A DNA stretch of 64,000 bases from Leucoraja erinacea (lineage: Eukaryota): the NCBI RefSeq assembly GCF_028641065.1, contig NC_073398.1:20832001-20896000 (forward strand), written 5' to 3'. The notes below the pieces were generated by a model, which worked only from the letters and a program-made list of their open reading frames with translations, did not search any database and was not told the DNA's origin. How positions within the stretch are numbered: position 1 is the stretch's first letter; each line of letters starts with the position of its first letter. Positions 39,900 to 53,474 of this stretch are shown here, piece by piece. The translations under genes and the position numbers were made by a program.

Positions 39900-40322
39900 G
39901 ATAGATAGATAGGTTCTTTATTGTCATTATAACATGTAAACATGTACAACAAAATTAAAAATGCCAACCAGTCAGTGCACCATTCACACATTATCTAAAA
40001 GCTAACGATACGTAAAAGGGAATATCTGAAACAAACAACTAAAATAAGTAACATGAAAAAAAACAAGCATAAACACACAACCATACATTCTTCTGTCGAT
40101 TGCACAATCCCTTTGGTATGCAGCGCACCTGCGCCCATTTGGTGGCTACATTAAGTGTAGTCATTGCTGTGGGATAAAAACTGTTCTTGAGTCTGTTTGT
40201 CCTTGTCCTCATTGATCTGTACCGTCTGCCTTACGGCAACAGTTCAAATAGGGAGTGTCCGGGGTGGCAAATGTCCTTTATAATGTTCTGGGATTTCTTG
40301 AGACAGTGGGAACTGTGTAGGT
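39900..40322 (-). mobile_element. Rex1/Babar-type LINE 3' fragment
   Basis: Minus strand IIKD..HPGHSLFELLP.GRRYRS...RLKNSFYP-like frame followed by a short-repeat tail. Confidence 0.65.
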
Positions 40323-40353
40323 GGCATGCTTAATATGTTGTATTTTGTTCCAG

Positions 40354-40494
40354 ACTATTCAAGAAGTGCAGCCAGATATAGTGGTCGTAGAACTATGTCA
40401 GTACAGAGTCTCCATGCTCAAAATGGATGAAAAGACATTACTTAAGGAAGCCAGAGAAATCAATCTGGACAAGTTACAGCAAGCTATAAAACAG
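40354..40494 (+). CDS. TRABD: TRABD coding exon 4 (TIQEVQPDIVVVELCQYR...QQAIKQ)
   Basis: PDxVxVELC TraB motif; ttccag acceptor, gttcag donor; 47 codons. Confidence 0.95.
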
Positions 40495-41953
40495 GTTCAG
40501 TATTTAAGTCTGAATTTAAGATCAACTCCGTTTTTGTTTAAAGTGCATTTGGTTGTAATTTTGGTTTGTGCATTCTTAATTTTGACCTGTGCTGATTTAT
40601 GGAAGCAAGATTTTGTAAAATTTGAAACCGAATGAAAAATTGAATGCATACAAAAAGCATGAGACAAATGGGTGTGTTTTTGAAAAAACAACATTACATG
40701 CTTATGAGGGAGAGGTTTAGGTAATGGGACTGAATTTGAGTACTACTTGAAAGAACAGCATCGTTTTGATAGCCTTAAGCTACCTTTTTGGCTCTTGGGA
40801 CGCTAAAAAACTTTAGTTCCATGTTGCACATAAACCATGCAACGTTCTTCATTGAGGACTCTGCCACTATTCTGTAAGTTTTTTTTCACTTTTAAATGAT
40901 TGTGCAAAACTTAGTAACATGATTGGATAAGATCACCTTGGTACACGAGAATAGATGCTGAGTTAAATAATAGAATAAGTTATTCATTCACAATATCCCT
41001 CAAATCATCAATTTCTTCCCAGGTGTCTGATCATCCATCTCTCAATTACTGAAATCTTATTTCATTTTGATGGAAATTTTTGACACACTGATTCATTTTT
41101 ACCTCCTCTTTGTACCTCCGTCCCTCCACGCCCCACTCGTTATTTTGAGATCTGGGTTATTAATACCTCAAATCAGTAAGAGTCTTTAATATCTCAGTCA
41201 ATCTTCTCCAGTCCAAATGAGCATCAGTTCAGTTGTTTAAAGCCAAATGGCTCTCATCGATACAATAAAATAACATGACAATATGATCATTATCACAGAT
41301 CTGGTTAGAATTATTTAATCTGTATTTGCAAATTATTTTACTATTTGAAAAAGTGGGCGCGAGGGCATATATCTGTAAAAAGCTGGGATTTTATACATTG
41401 AATCTTGATTTTATTCAATTTCAGGTAACCCTTAATTTCAGGTAGCCATTTCTCACCCTCCACCTCCCATTTTTGTTCTCTTTCTCTCAACCTCCGCTCC
41501 AGTCCCACAACACCCATTTTCAACACCCTAACACACGACTTCCCCCTTCTCTAACTGGCCATTATTCCTTTCCTCTCGTTCTGTGCTACTGGCCCCTGTC
41601 TTTCTCCCCCACCACCTCGCGTCCCTATATTTTTTACCACTCTGCCCATATGCAGGGTTATGACCCAAATGACACACTGGTCAATCTGAGGAGTACCTCT
41701 TGACTGTCAATTCCCACCTCCACCCCCAAAACAGATGCTGCTTGATCCGCTGAATTCATTCCGGTAGTTTTTGTCTGTCTGAGATTTTGAACCTCTTCCA
41801 AATAAATAAATCGATCAGGCCACATGTCCTTTGTATTGTGTGGAATAATACTGTGTTTTAATTTCTCAATGTAGTTAACACAGTCTGCAAACAGCTATTG
41901 ATTAGCAAAGTTTTCTGTACCTTTTTAAAACTTAACTATTCTTGTTTTGATAG

Positions 41954-42064
41954 AATGGAGTAATGTCTGGATTGATGCAGATGCTGCTATTGAAGGTCTC
42001 TGCTCACATCACAGAACAGCTGGGCATGGCCCCAGGGGGTGAATTCAGGGAAGCCTTCAAGGAG
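41954..42064 (+). CDS. TRABD: TRABD coding exon 5 (NGVMSGLMQMLLLKVSAHITEQLGMAPGGEFREAFKE)
   Basis: PGGEF motif; tag acceptor, gtgggt donor; 37 codons. Confidence 0.95.
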
Positions 42065-42365
42065 GTGGGTATTCCTCTTGTCCGTTTCATCCCTCTCGAA
42101 GTTGACTCGTCTCTCTTGTGGTCAGCAATGCCATTTAAATACCGTGGCCCTAATATTAAAGTTATCTGACCTAAACATCAAGGAAGCAAATCTGGTAGCA
42201 ATCTGGATTATGCCTTTGTGCTGTTTAATGGGAAAGCTAGAAACTGATGTCAATGATCCTCTCCTTGTATTTGGAGAGTATTGTTGCAGCGTTTTCTAGG
42301 TCGAATAGATGGATTACGAGGATTTAAGATCTATTCTCCTGGATGAAATAGAAAATATTAACAAC

Positions 42366-42492
42366 CAGTCTGAAGAAGGGTCTCAACCCGAACGTCTCCT
42401 ATTCCTTCTATCCAGCTGCCTGTCCCGCTGAGTTACTCCAGCTATTTGTGTCTATCTTCGTTTTAAATCAGCATCTGCAGTTCCTTCCTACA
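42366..42492 (+). mobile_element. Single-arm family copy in a TRABD intron, core mutated (GAAC)
   Basis: Flanking repeat gaaaatattaa at 42351-42361 and 42495-42505. Confidence 0.8.
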
Positions 42493-42534
42493 TGGAAAAT
42501 ATTAAGTGTTCTGGCTCATAGAATAAGGTTTAAT

Positions 42535-42915
42535 AATACGATACGATAGAACTTTATTTATTCCAGGAGCGAAATTGATCTGCCAACATTCATAACACAC
42601 AAGATACATGAAACATGACATTAAAGTGACGAGTGGAAAGGATTGGGGATGTGCTAAGATTTGGGTGGGGGAGAGGGGAGTCAGTCTCAGTCTACGCCAC
42701 GATAGAAGGGGGAGAAGTTTACAGTTTGATAGTCACATGGAAAAAAGAATCTCCTGTGGCTTTCTGTACTGCATCTTGGTGGATCCAGTCTGTTGCTGGA
42801 GGTACTCCTCAGATTGAGGGGATGAGCTGTATTGTCCAAGATGCAGTTTGAGGACTGTCCTCCCCTCCAGGAGCACCTCCCGTGAATCCAACTCCGCCTT
42901 CAGGACTGAACCAGC
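42535..42915 (-). mobile_element. LINE 3' fragment (Rex/L2-like) with short-repeat tail
   Basis: atacgatacgata tail and tttatt on plus; remnant RRFFFP...IKL.N-like frame on minus. Confidence 0.5.
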
Positions 42916-43080
42916 TTTAGAGTTTTAATGACACATTAAACCATAACTTATTGCTTTACAACAACTTTTAACATAACCAAATCTACATTTTTAAGTATGG
43001 ATTGTTAATCCCTTAATTTTCCACTGTACTGTGCATTGAACGTCTTATGAAACGTGCCTTTTAAAAATTGTGTGTTTCAG

Positions 43081-43220
43081 GCTGGAAAAGTGCCTTTCTG
43101 TAAGTTTCACCTTGGGGACAGGCCCATCCCTATCACCTTTAAAAGGGCCATTGCTGCACTTTCACTCTGGCAGAAGGTCAAATTAGCCTGGGGTCTCTGT
43201 TTCTTGTCTGATCCCATCAG
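43081..43220 (+). CDS. TRABD: TRABD coding exon 6 (AGKVPFCKFHLGDRPIPITFKRA...LSDPI)
   Basis: LGDRPI motif; tttcag acceptor, gtatga donor. Confidence 0.95.
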
Positions 43221-44345
43221 GTATGAATATGTATGTCATAATTCATGGATTTGCAAGCTTCAGCCATGCTTTCATAATTACGTAAATTTACATTTCAAAA
43301 GTGCTGATGTGCTGCTCTGCTAAGTCATGTGCAAATTTATATGAAAAATAATTCAAACTGACGAAATGATTTTGAATATATATTCGGGCAGTTTATTGGA
43401 ATTGAGAACAATGTCATAAAACACTGTCATAAAACACATAAACCTGGGAGTACTTTAAAAATACTCAGTCCCTCAAACTTTTACGCCATTCCTTTTAGTT
43501 GTTGGGTGACTTTATTCCTTGCCTCCATTTACCTCCCATAATCCTTGTCACATAATACTCCTGACAGAATTTGAGTTTTACTGCTACTTCATACATTTTG
43601 CCACGTTCTGAAATGAAGTAGTACGTAGCTGTTTTATTTTCTGCATCAAATTGTTTGAAACACTTAATCACATTCAAACCTCTTGGAAATGTATGTAGAC
43701 AAATTTATTCCACATAACTTTTTTTCTGATATAATTCTGGTAAATCTCTAATAAGCCCAAATCCTCTTGGCAACGAATTCCCCAAATCAGATTTTTTTTT
43801 TTTGGTATCTGATCAATGTTCTGCACATCTGCATATTCTCTTTGTACTTTGATAATAAACCTTTATTTCCATTGGAACTATTTTTTTTTTTAAACTGACT
43901 CTTTTGGACAGGCTTAGTTTATATGGAGAACAAAGACCATTACTCCTCATTGTTTATTTATCAATTAAAATCAAATTTTCTCTCTTTGTAATCCAAAATC
44001 CAAGCCCTTTGCTTACCCTACTCATGATTCTGTCACAATCTATGCACACCCAATTGAAACTTAAGGAGCCACTACCACTCCCTGGTTAATATAGCTTATT
44101 GCTTCTCGCCATGATGCACACCCTATTTAATTTCCCGTGTTCATTGCAATATTAGAGACTTATAACTGTTTAATATCTATTATAAATGTAAATATGATGC
44201 ATTGTGACGTGCATTCTGCATTAAGTGTTTTAAACTGACGACACAGTTTTTCTCAACTTATTTGCTCAAGGAAGCAAGACTTAACAGTGTAAAATTAAGC
44301 AATGATTGTTTTTAATTTAATTTTTAATTGATTTATCTGTTTCAG

Positions 44346-44518
44346 TAAAGATGACGTAGAAAAGTGCAAACAGAAAGATCTTCTAGAACAGATGATGTCC
44401 GAAATGATCGGAGAGTTTCCTGATCTTCATCGAACCATTGTTGCTGAACGGGATGTTTACCTAGCCTATATGCTAAAGCAAGCCGCAAAGCCATTAGAAC
44501 TACCTCTGGCTTTAGGAC
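44346..44518 (+). CDS. TRABD: TRABD coding exon 7 (KDDVEKCKQKDLLEQMMSEMIGEFPDLHRTIVAERDVYLAYML...)
   Basis: ERD motif; tttcag acceptor, gtaagc donor; phases match both neighbours. Confidence 0.95.
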
Positions 44519-44789
44519 GTAAGCACACAAACTAACCTGGATAAGCTTCTGTTACTCTCTAATCTACTGATTGGAATTTGTTTGGTAGTCAAATATGTTG
44601 CCCCCCCCACTGAGCCATCTGCATCATAATTTTTGCTGCTAGTCTGTATAAACAAAAATACTTCTTGGTTTGGTCTCTTAAGTCTTGCTAAGTTGCTTAA
44701 CCAGTTGGGGAAGTTACATTTTGTCTTGTAGGTTCTTTTCACTGAGTTGTGCTCGGAGAGAATAAATGGAAGGGTAGGGCATAACAGTC

Positions 44790-45315
44790 ATTTATAGGCT
44801 AGGACTTTATTCATTGGAGTGATGGAGACTTAGGAGTGATTTTTGCTGTGTATAAAATGAGGGGCGTAAATAGGCTGAATGCATACAGCCTTTTTCCCAG
44901 GTTGAGGGAATCAAGAACTAGAGGACACAGGTTTAAGGTGATGGGAGAAACATTTAATAGGAACTGAGGGGCAACTTCACAGAGTAGTCGTTGACCTTTC
45001 CCCTGACTCTAGACTGAAGATGTGTCTCGACCTGAAACCTCACCCATTCCTTCTCCCCTGAGATGCTGCCTGTCCCACTGAGTTACTCCAGCATTTTGTG
45101 TCTATTTTCAGATAGTAAATTGTATTTATAGGGAATGAGCTGCCAGAGGAAGTTATACAGTAATAACATTTAAAATACATTTTTGGATAACCTTTTGTAT
45201 GGAAAAGATTGAGAGGGATAAGGATGAAACATGGCTAAATGAGGTTAGCGTAGATGGGTTTCTTGGTTGGCATGGACGCGTTGGGCCGAAGGACCTATAT
45301 TTGTGCTGTATCTGT
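44790..45315 (+). mobile_element. CR1 3' fragment interrupted by a hammerhead-family copy (about 45000-45110)
   Basis: CR1 motifs on both sides of ctgaagatgtgtctcgacctgaaacctcaccc. Confidence 0.7.
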
Positions 45316-45975
45316 CTCTATATTACCAACATTGGCAATCACCCACCAGTGATCGTCTCTGCCTTGCCCCTCCTTCTCACAACAGTTACCTTCGCTCCAC
45401 ACTCCCAGTCCTGATACAGGATCTCGACCAGCATATCATCCATCCCTTTGTCTCCACAAATGCTGCTTGACCTGCTTAACTTTCAAGCAGGTAATTTTTT
45501 TTTCTCTCTCGCTGTTTATTTGTCCTCCAGTGTGTGATAACTGACTGGAAAGTAGGATAGGTGCCTGGCTTTGTTCCTGTTGTCCATTGCTCTCTGTTGG
45601 AGTTTGTACATTCTCCTAATAACTGCATGGATTTTCCTAATGCTCCAGCTTTCTTCCATATATTAAAGATGTACTGCTTAGTAAGTTAATGGTTTACCAT
45701 AAATTACTCGATGCACAGAATGAGTGGCATAAGGGTGGTGTTGGTGGGCATGTGATAGAGTGCAGGTTATAGGGAACAGGAGTGATGAAGTTGCCCCAAA
45801 AGCCAGCATAGGAGGCCATAGCCTGTGGAATCAATCATCATAAAATATGAAACTAGAATATACCTAGATAAATTAAAGTTTTACATTTTCCAGGTACGTA
45901 AAAGGTTGATGACTGAAGTACACTGCATTTACCATTTTTGAGATTTGTTAAATTATTTTTCTGTTCATTCCATAG

Positions 45976-46087
45976 CTGAGCCCAGTCAACGGATGCCATC
46001 CGTTGTGGTGGGAGTAGTTGGAATGGGTCATGTGCCAGGAATTGAGAAGAACTGGAATAATCTATTAAACATTCAAGAAATAATGAG
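45976..46087 (+). CDS. TRABD: TRABD coding exon 8 (EPSQRMPSVVVGVVGMGHVPGIEKNWNNLLNIQEIM)
   Basis: VVGxGHxxGI TraB motif; catag acceptor, gtaaaa donor. Confidence 0.95.
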
Positions 46088-46897
46088 GTAAAATCTGCCT
46101 CTTTTTTTAGCAGTTTTGAGTTAATATTACTATTCTAATAAGAGACCGTGGAATTGTTGTTTTATGAAGAAGTCTGCATACATTTTGAATTGATGAAATA
46201 CTGTTATTTGTGAACAAATTTCCTTGTTAATTCAAAATATAACCATTTGGTGAGAATATTCATACAACTGGAATCCCAAAATTTAGATTGAACATAGTAC
46301 AGGAATTACCTGCAGGTGCAGCATGTTATGACATGGGTAGTTATCATTTTCATCCTATTTATAATGACTTGTAATGGGGTGGGGAGGGGGGGGGGTGAGG
46401 GGAGGGTAGGATGACAGAGGGTAAGAGAGTGATCAAGGGAATATTTGGTATTGAGGACAGGCATTTTCAAATGTTCACCTTTCATATTTCAAATTAAATT
46501 ATCAGTGTTGCCGCCCAAAGTTTCTGGGGCAGTTCAAATATAGTAAAGATCTTTAATATGTATAAGACCAAAGGAGGAGTGTTCTTTCTGCCAATATTTT
46601 AAGCTAGCACGCAGAGCTGAACAGCAGCATGCCATACCAATCAGTGGGAACCACAAGGTGGGTCCAAGTAGCATCCGCAGCCAGGCTTCCAACATTCCCA
46701 GTATAGGTGATAATCAGACCAGTGGATTTAAGAAGGGTTCAGAATTCAGAGGGGTTCAGATAACTGGAAGGTACAGGGAGTATGGCCTGAAGCTCATAAG
46801 TATTTTGTTTTGAGACACTCTTAACAAAATACTTAGAGGCTTGGCTGAAGCAGCAGTGAGGAATGATTGAAATGATGATGGTAGATTTCTTCATCAG

Positions 46898-47250
46898 GAA
46901 AGTCAAATCAAGTCGCATTTATTTATATAGCACATTTAAAAAAACAACTCTCGTTGGCCAAAGTGCTTTACATTTGTTATAAGAATAGTATAAACATACA
47001 AACTACATTCATATATACATATAGCCCTCGCTCAGTGGAGGTCAGGAAAGGCTTGGGAGTATAGATAAGATTTTAGTCTTGACTTAAAGGAGTCGATGGA
47101 GGGGGCAGTTCTGATGGGAAGGGGGATGCTGTTCCACAGTCTAGGAGCTGCAACCGCAAAGGCACGGTCGCCCCTAAGCTTGTGCCTAGACCGCGGGATA
47201 TTCAGCAGCCCCAAGTCGGCCGATCTGAGGGACCTGGAGGTGGAGTGGTG
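46898..47250 (-). mobile_element. L2-clade LINE 3' end
   Basis: RSLRSAD...GDRAFAVAAPRLWNSIPLPIR...FKSRLKSYLY is the typical L2 ORF2 C-terminus, followed by a tail. Confidence 0.85.
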
Positions 47251-47499
47251 GAAAGCATTCAAAGATTGTAAGTGGACATTCCAGAGTAATGCAGGTCAAC
47301 GGCAACTACATAATCATAATGGCATGTTGGGGCTAACCAAAGAACATTCTGCAGAATAGAATCACAATAATGTTCTAAGCTTCAATACCAGTATGTGGTT
47401 TTATTATCATGACTAGTATTGGGAATGCTTATCCAAATTGTTATTGCCATGGAGCCTCGATTTAAAAAAAATAATAATAAGCTCTGACTTATCAAAATA

Positions 47500-47626
47500 T
47501 AGAAACAAGGAACTGCAGATGCTGGTTTACAAAAATTACAAAATGTCAAAGTAACTCAGCGGGTCTGGCAGCATCTCTGGGGAGCATGGATAGGTGACGT
47601 TTCGAGTTGGGACCTTTCTTCAGGCT
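47500..47626 (-). mobile_element. Single-arm family copy in the last TRABD intron
   Basis: Minus strand CTGAAGA...GAAACGTC core with a weakened stem II. Confidence 0.7.
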
Positions 47627-47872
47627 CTGCATGAGAGGAACACGTAGCCAAATGGAATATCTAAGGGCAAGTCCACGGTTGTTACGAGAATAAATTGAGA
47701 TGTTTGATGGGTGACCAGGGACAGTTAGTAGAGAGAATATTAACAAAGGAATGTAAAAGTTGGGAAGTGGAACATTTGTGGCACATTTTCAACATGTTGA
47801 CTTTATTATGAAATACGGGGTTTTTTTTTGCATCTTCCCTGAATAACTAATAAACCAATTTTTATTTTACAG

Positions 47873-48044
47873 TATTCCTCCGCCATCTTTAGCGACTAAA
47901 GTATTGAAGTTTTCCCTTAAAACAACTGTTATTGGACTTGTGGGTTATGGCTGCTACCGCTTGGGAAAAGGGACCATTAAGCTGATGCTGTCAAGGCCAT
48001 TAGTACAGACTTACCTCCATAAATATACAAATCAAATATTCTAA
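47873..48044 (+). CDS. TRABD: TRABD last coding exon with C-terminal hydrophobic anchor; stop TAA 48042-48044; total CDS 1113 nt, 370 aa
   Basis: ttttacag acceptor; IPPPSLATKVLKFSLKTTVIGLVGYGCYRLG resembles the vertebrate TRABD C-terminus; summed exon lengths divisible by 3. Confidence 0.9.
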
Positions 48045-51000
48045 CTGAAAGAAAACATTTTGAAGACCTTCTACTTGTTGTTTGAGAAGAGCTGAAGGAA
48101 AATATGCAGGAATCTTTGTATTTTCCCTTGTTTACTTTACACTTTGAATTCCGTATCAGACATGATTCGTAACATGGATAAGTTCTGCTCACTGAAAAGC
48201 TACACCATCTGCGAGTGGGAAGAAATAAACATCATAAAATGTACTGATTCCATGTTATCTAAAAATGTCTATTTTAATGCAGTATATCTGATCTGTGAAT
48301 GGCTTGAACTTAATCCACAAGTCACTATTTTAAGCCTATCGGTTTGGGGATAGATGTGGAAGAACGTAGAAAAATTACAAATTCATATTTTGAAATTTTG
48401 CAATATTACTACTTTCATTTAATGGAACATCAATGGACCTATGGTTACTTTAAAATCATGTTCGGATGCCACTGAGCCAATCGTGATTATCTGAGATGTC
48501 CATTACAACTGAAACTGCACAAAACTCATACATTTTAAGATTTTTATGTATTATCCATAAGGTAGCACCTGTATGGTTTACAGTTGATAATGCAACCAGT
48601 AGAATTTAGAAACATTTGTTAACTCTTATTTTGAAAGGTGGTGGAATTCTATTAAAATAAGTATTTAAAATTATTTATGATTCACTCATTCAAACTACGT
48701 GCATTCACAATTTATTTTGGGTTCCCCTCTGAAAGTTTGCCATTTCACAATGCATTTCAAACGGAGGGGTAGACTTCTTCCCTTTCCCACTCCCTCCCTC
48801 CACTTCCTAGATTTAGTCTCCAGATCTCTGAAGGTATTGACACCTTGCAGGCAGTGCCCTATAATTGCTGGGTACTTTCCCTTCGTTTGGTTGATTTTTC
48901 CAAGATTCAAATTGGGTATGTCGGGGAATTTTCCAATGAAGGAGCATCATTGGCCTTGATATATATGCAGGTTTCCAGCTGCCTGGTAGATTGAATTCCT
49001 GTTTCCATCCCGCAAATGCTTCAACTTTCTGAGTCATTTGAAATTAAAACCATGTAATGCAACTAAATGACATTATCTACTTTTAATGCTTTACTCCTAT
49101 TGCCTTGTTTTCAAGTGATTGTAGTTTTCCTAAAAGCCAGTTAAATGCCAATTCGTGGCCGACATAAATCTGATTAAAGATAAATTTATCCATTGGACTT
49201 GGGAACATAAACTTTGAAGTGTTTTTATGTTATATCATGCTACATTCAATTTTATTTCTAGACAGTGATAAAACATAACTTGTTGCTGTTTGGTTTGCAA
49301 GATTTGCTGAATCTTGTAAATTACCTTATTCTGAATTTGTACCTCCGTTAAATATGTTTTCAAATCATTCAAGTAATGTAGCAAGATTCACCTTAACAAT
49401 GTAGATTATGTGCACTTTTGTGAATCAGCATTACCTTGATGGTGCTTGCTAGGCTGCTATTGCTTCACATGTGCAGATCTAGTGTCACCTTCAGCAGCAA
49501 AACATTACCATCTGAATGTCTCAATTGCCAATTGTGCTGAAAAGAAAGTAATTTATAATTTCCTTGTCAGAATTGCAAATTACATCTGAGCAATGGAATT
49601 GTGTGTGGGTAATACATAGATATAACCAACCATGCAATTTTATTAACAAGTAAAGGGCTCAATTCGTTTTTATTTAGCTTTTGAATGCTTAGGAAATGTA
49701 AAGTGCACCTTGATGCCTTTTGGGGAGGTGGGTGTAAGTTGTATGACAAACACCTGGTGTATATCTGGTATAACTTATCTAACAATTTTGTTTTGATTCA
49801 AAGTGTCAGGGAAATGGGGAGAGTGAAAATAATGTAGTGGAAATGCATGTTTGCATTTGGAATCTGAATGTATTACAAGTGCGTCTCATGTTAAAATAAC
49901 TGCCACATAATCTGTTGATTTGAATCTGAGACTTTAACCATATTGGTGTATAGTTTTGTTAATCAGATCTGAAGCAGAAAGCGTCAGCGGGTTTAAGTAT
50001 AAAATCACATGGATCACAAAAGCATTTGAAGTGTTACTCAAAAGCCATCGTGTTTGAGTATCTTTTGAGAAGTCTTTCATTCTGATGGAATGCAGATACT
50101 TCCTCTGCGGTTCTCGTAAAACATTTTCAGCAAATGAAATGCTGCTTTCATATCTGCTTGTTTTAATGGTACTATTTAATTTCCTTGAAAATAAAACTAA
50201 ATTAAATGTGAAAAGCATGTAATTTAAGATGAAGATAGATACAAAATGCTGGAGTAACTCAGCGGACGGGCAGCATCTCTGGAGATAAGGACTGAGTGAT
50301 GTTTCGGGTCGAGACCCTTCATCAGAGTAGTCAGAAGGGTCTCAATCTGAAAAGTCACCCATTCCTTCTCACGAGATGCTGCCTGTCCCGCTGAGTTGCT
50401 CCAGCATTTTGTGTCTATCTTCAGTTTAAACCAGCATCTGTAGTTCCTTCCTACACATGTAATTTAACACGCCTGTTCACTCCCACAGAAAAGGCTTTGT
50501 TTGAGTTCTAATTTTGTCAAACTAAATACTCTAGCTGGGCACGCATGTTGTGATTTTAGTCAGTATTTAAAGACCGAGATGAGCTGTGTCTCGTGATGCA
50601 CTAAATAGATTCATAACTGAATTCAATTGAACTGAAATTGGGTGTTCAGTAGTGCCTATATGTAAATAATCACATCCTGCTTCACATGTAACTGCAATTT
50701 TTACTAACAATGATTTCTGTTATTTTGAAGCTTTCTGTGCCTGCTCTTGCTGGATATTTTTCTATACAGCAATTTAGATTCACCATGAAAACTTTTTAAA
50801 AATTGCAAATCTATCCATAAGTAAAATTTGATACTGAACATTCTTTTTCCATATAGCCTCATGTTGCTCATGCAAAATGTAAGCGTCAAGAGTTCAGCAA
50901 GCGTTTGTCTATTAATTGTCAAAATAGTATTCTTGCACCATACTTTTCCAGTAGAAAATGTACATTTATTATAAAATGACAAGAATAAAGTGGGCCTATT

Positions 51001-51640
51001 CCTGGCTGACAAAAATTAATGAATGTATTCATGTATGTATTATACATTTGAGTTAAATTCAAAATCTATTTGGCAAAGCTAGGAAACTAGGATAATGCAC
51101 CATAATGTTGATCTGATCACTGGATTTGGCAGTGTTAACAGTATTTAAGTCTCACACTGTTCCAAATGGTAACTACTTTTAACACTACCTATAAATTATA
51201 AAAAATGTGGGGTACAGCAAATTTTAAATTCCAGCATTGTTATTTCTGTTGCTGAGATTGCTTGCTGAAATACATATTTTTGCGATATCATTCCTTAAAG
51301 TTATTTTTAATGTACCCCCAAAAATTAATTTTTCAGTTACCTATTGTGTGAAAATGCCTCGCAGGGCCTAATTTCTGCGTCTCAAGTATTGTACTTCTAT
51401 TTAAATGGAATCTTACACTCTCATTTATTTGAACTATGTTGTTCAAGGTTTCCTGGCATCATGCTGTGGATTATGTCGTTTCTGTACCATGTCTTTCCGT
51501 TGTAATATAAATTTGAAACATCTCCATATTCAATTTCTGTAGGATTGTGCCTTTTAAACTGCTGAGCATTCTGAGATATTGGAGATCATGATGGTAACAT
51601 TATTGTAAGAATAAAGTTTTGCAGAGATTTTACTTCTGTT
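48045..51640 (+). other. TRABD: Probable long TRABD 3' UTR with alternative polyadenylation signals
   Basis: AT-rich, repeat-poor stretch after the stop; ATTAAA 48651-48656, AATAAA 50984-50989 and 51610-51615. True end not determinable from sequence. Confidence 0.4.
50228..50455. mobile_element. Two-armed inverted element downstream of the TRABD stop, 12-bp flanking repeat
   Basis: catgtaatttaa at 50216-50227 and 50456-50467; minus-arm core reads CTGATGA...GAAACATC. Confidence 0.85.
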
Positions 51641-52439
51641 TCAGATTTTTTTTTATTGAATGTCCTTCAACTGAACATGTATTGCTAAATTCCTTCCCAC
51701 TAGCCCAAGCAAGGGTTCATGATTTGTAGTGGAAATCCCAGAGTTCTACTATTTTTACCATGAGCAACAGAAGAGTTGAACAAAGATCATTTCAACAACA
51801 AAAAATACTGTAGAGATCAAGCTGTGAGCCATCACGCTATATTGAATGAAGAATCTGCTATTATTTTCTTTCCTTAAATTTTTTTTTTTTAAATCCGCAA
51901 TTCTTAATTAAAAGCACTCCAGTGTGTTTGTGATTCGAATGTCTGATTTCTCCACCACCCCCCCACCCACCACCACCAAAAAACAACTGAGCAAACAAAC
52001 TTGTGTCAAATTGTCGTCGTGCCATTTACACATGCCTTTCAAAACAAAAACAATTCTGGTGTCAATTATATGATAAATATATTTTTTAAAGGCACTTTCA
52101 CAGAACAACTTTTATTATGCCACGTTGCTTCAGGGACAATCTGAGCGAAGAGCCGTTTTAAAAAAAAATACTTTCTAGGTCAGCAACTTGAACACAATGG
52201 CAGAGAGGGGCAAAATTGCTTAAACTGAGAAATTACAGGTTGGAGATTATAGTTTCCTTCTGTACTGCGTTGGTCAACATATTTATTCCTCTGCATTTTT
52301 GGAGTAAGAAACTAACAAATGCTAGCCAGAGGAAAATGGGATTGCTGTAAGCACAACAATTGAACAGAAATATTAGCATTCGATATGTGAACAATGTCCA
52401 ATTCAAGCATTACATCTATTTCTGGCAAAGCCGGTATTG

Positions 52440-53075
52440 TATTGCCCATTCTTACGTGGCTTGCTAGCCTATTGCATAAGGGAATGTATAGTGAGCATCG
52501 TAGGAGGTTGAGAATGCATCCTGGTAGGGCACTGGTGTTGAGAATTATTGTGGAGGACGTATTGTCTCCAACCTCACTGTAGTCTCTGTTCAGTGGTTAT
52601 TGTCATGTGTGCTGAGGTACAGGGAAAAGCTATTGTGTGCTAACCAGTCAGCAGAAAGACAATACATGATTACAATCGATCCATTTGCAGGAATGAAGTT
52701 TAGTGCAAGATAAAGCCAGCAAAGTCCAATCCAGAATAGTCTGAGGGTCATCAAAGACGTCAGCAATGCTCCGTGGTTGTGGGTAAAGAAAGTGGAATTT
52801 GGATGAAGGGAGTGCTGACTCCTAGGTCCAGGACTTTGGAGATGTTTAGATGGGATTATGCATCTATGTTGAAGGTTGAACTAAAGTCAATAAATAGGAG
52901 TGTGGCATAGGTGTCCTTATCTAGGTGTTCCAGAGATGAGTTTGTAGCTAGAGCAATGATGTCTGTGGTGTACCTGTTACAACAGTCAGCAAACTGCAGT
53001 AACTCCAGCTGGCTGGGAGGCTGGAGTTAATGTGTGCCATCACCAATCTTTCGATGCACTTCATTATGGTGGATG
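52440..53075 (-). mobile_element. LINE RT fragments (Rex/L2-like) with an internal insertion
   Basis: Minus strand remnants resembling LLFIDFSSTFN and LNTSALPGCILNLLR. Confidence 0.5.
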
Positions 53076-53474
53076 TCAGCCACTAAGTCTCCTTTTTGAT
53101 CAGTCATGAGCTAAAAGCTCCCAGGAGTCGGTGAGGTTATTGCGTTTCTTTAAGGATGCTTTGAACACGTTCTTGAATCAACTGTCCTCTTACATAACTT
53201 TTTTTTTGGCAGTGATATCAAGCATGCAATCAATGTGACCTGCCCAATGTAGACATCTGGGAGTAACTGAGGACTTGATGCAAGGTATGTTGACCTGGGT
53301 GAGGACAAAGATATTGGTTCATTTGTACTTTTAATGCATTTTGAGGATTTTTCAGAAAGTGTTGGTATTTTTCCAGACCCTTGATATGCTTACTGTAGGT
53401 AATCCTGATCTTAGGAGTATAAGGAAGGACAGACATTGCTGCTGCCTTTTTTGTGTCAGTGCTTGTAGGTTGGT

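Noticed and set aside
46375-46410. G-rich run with G-quadruplex potential
   Set aside because: Common intronic low-complexity sequence with no further support.
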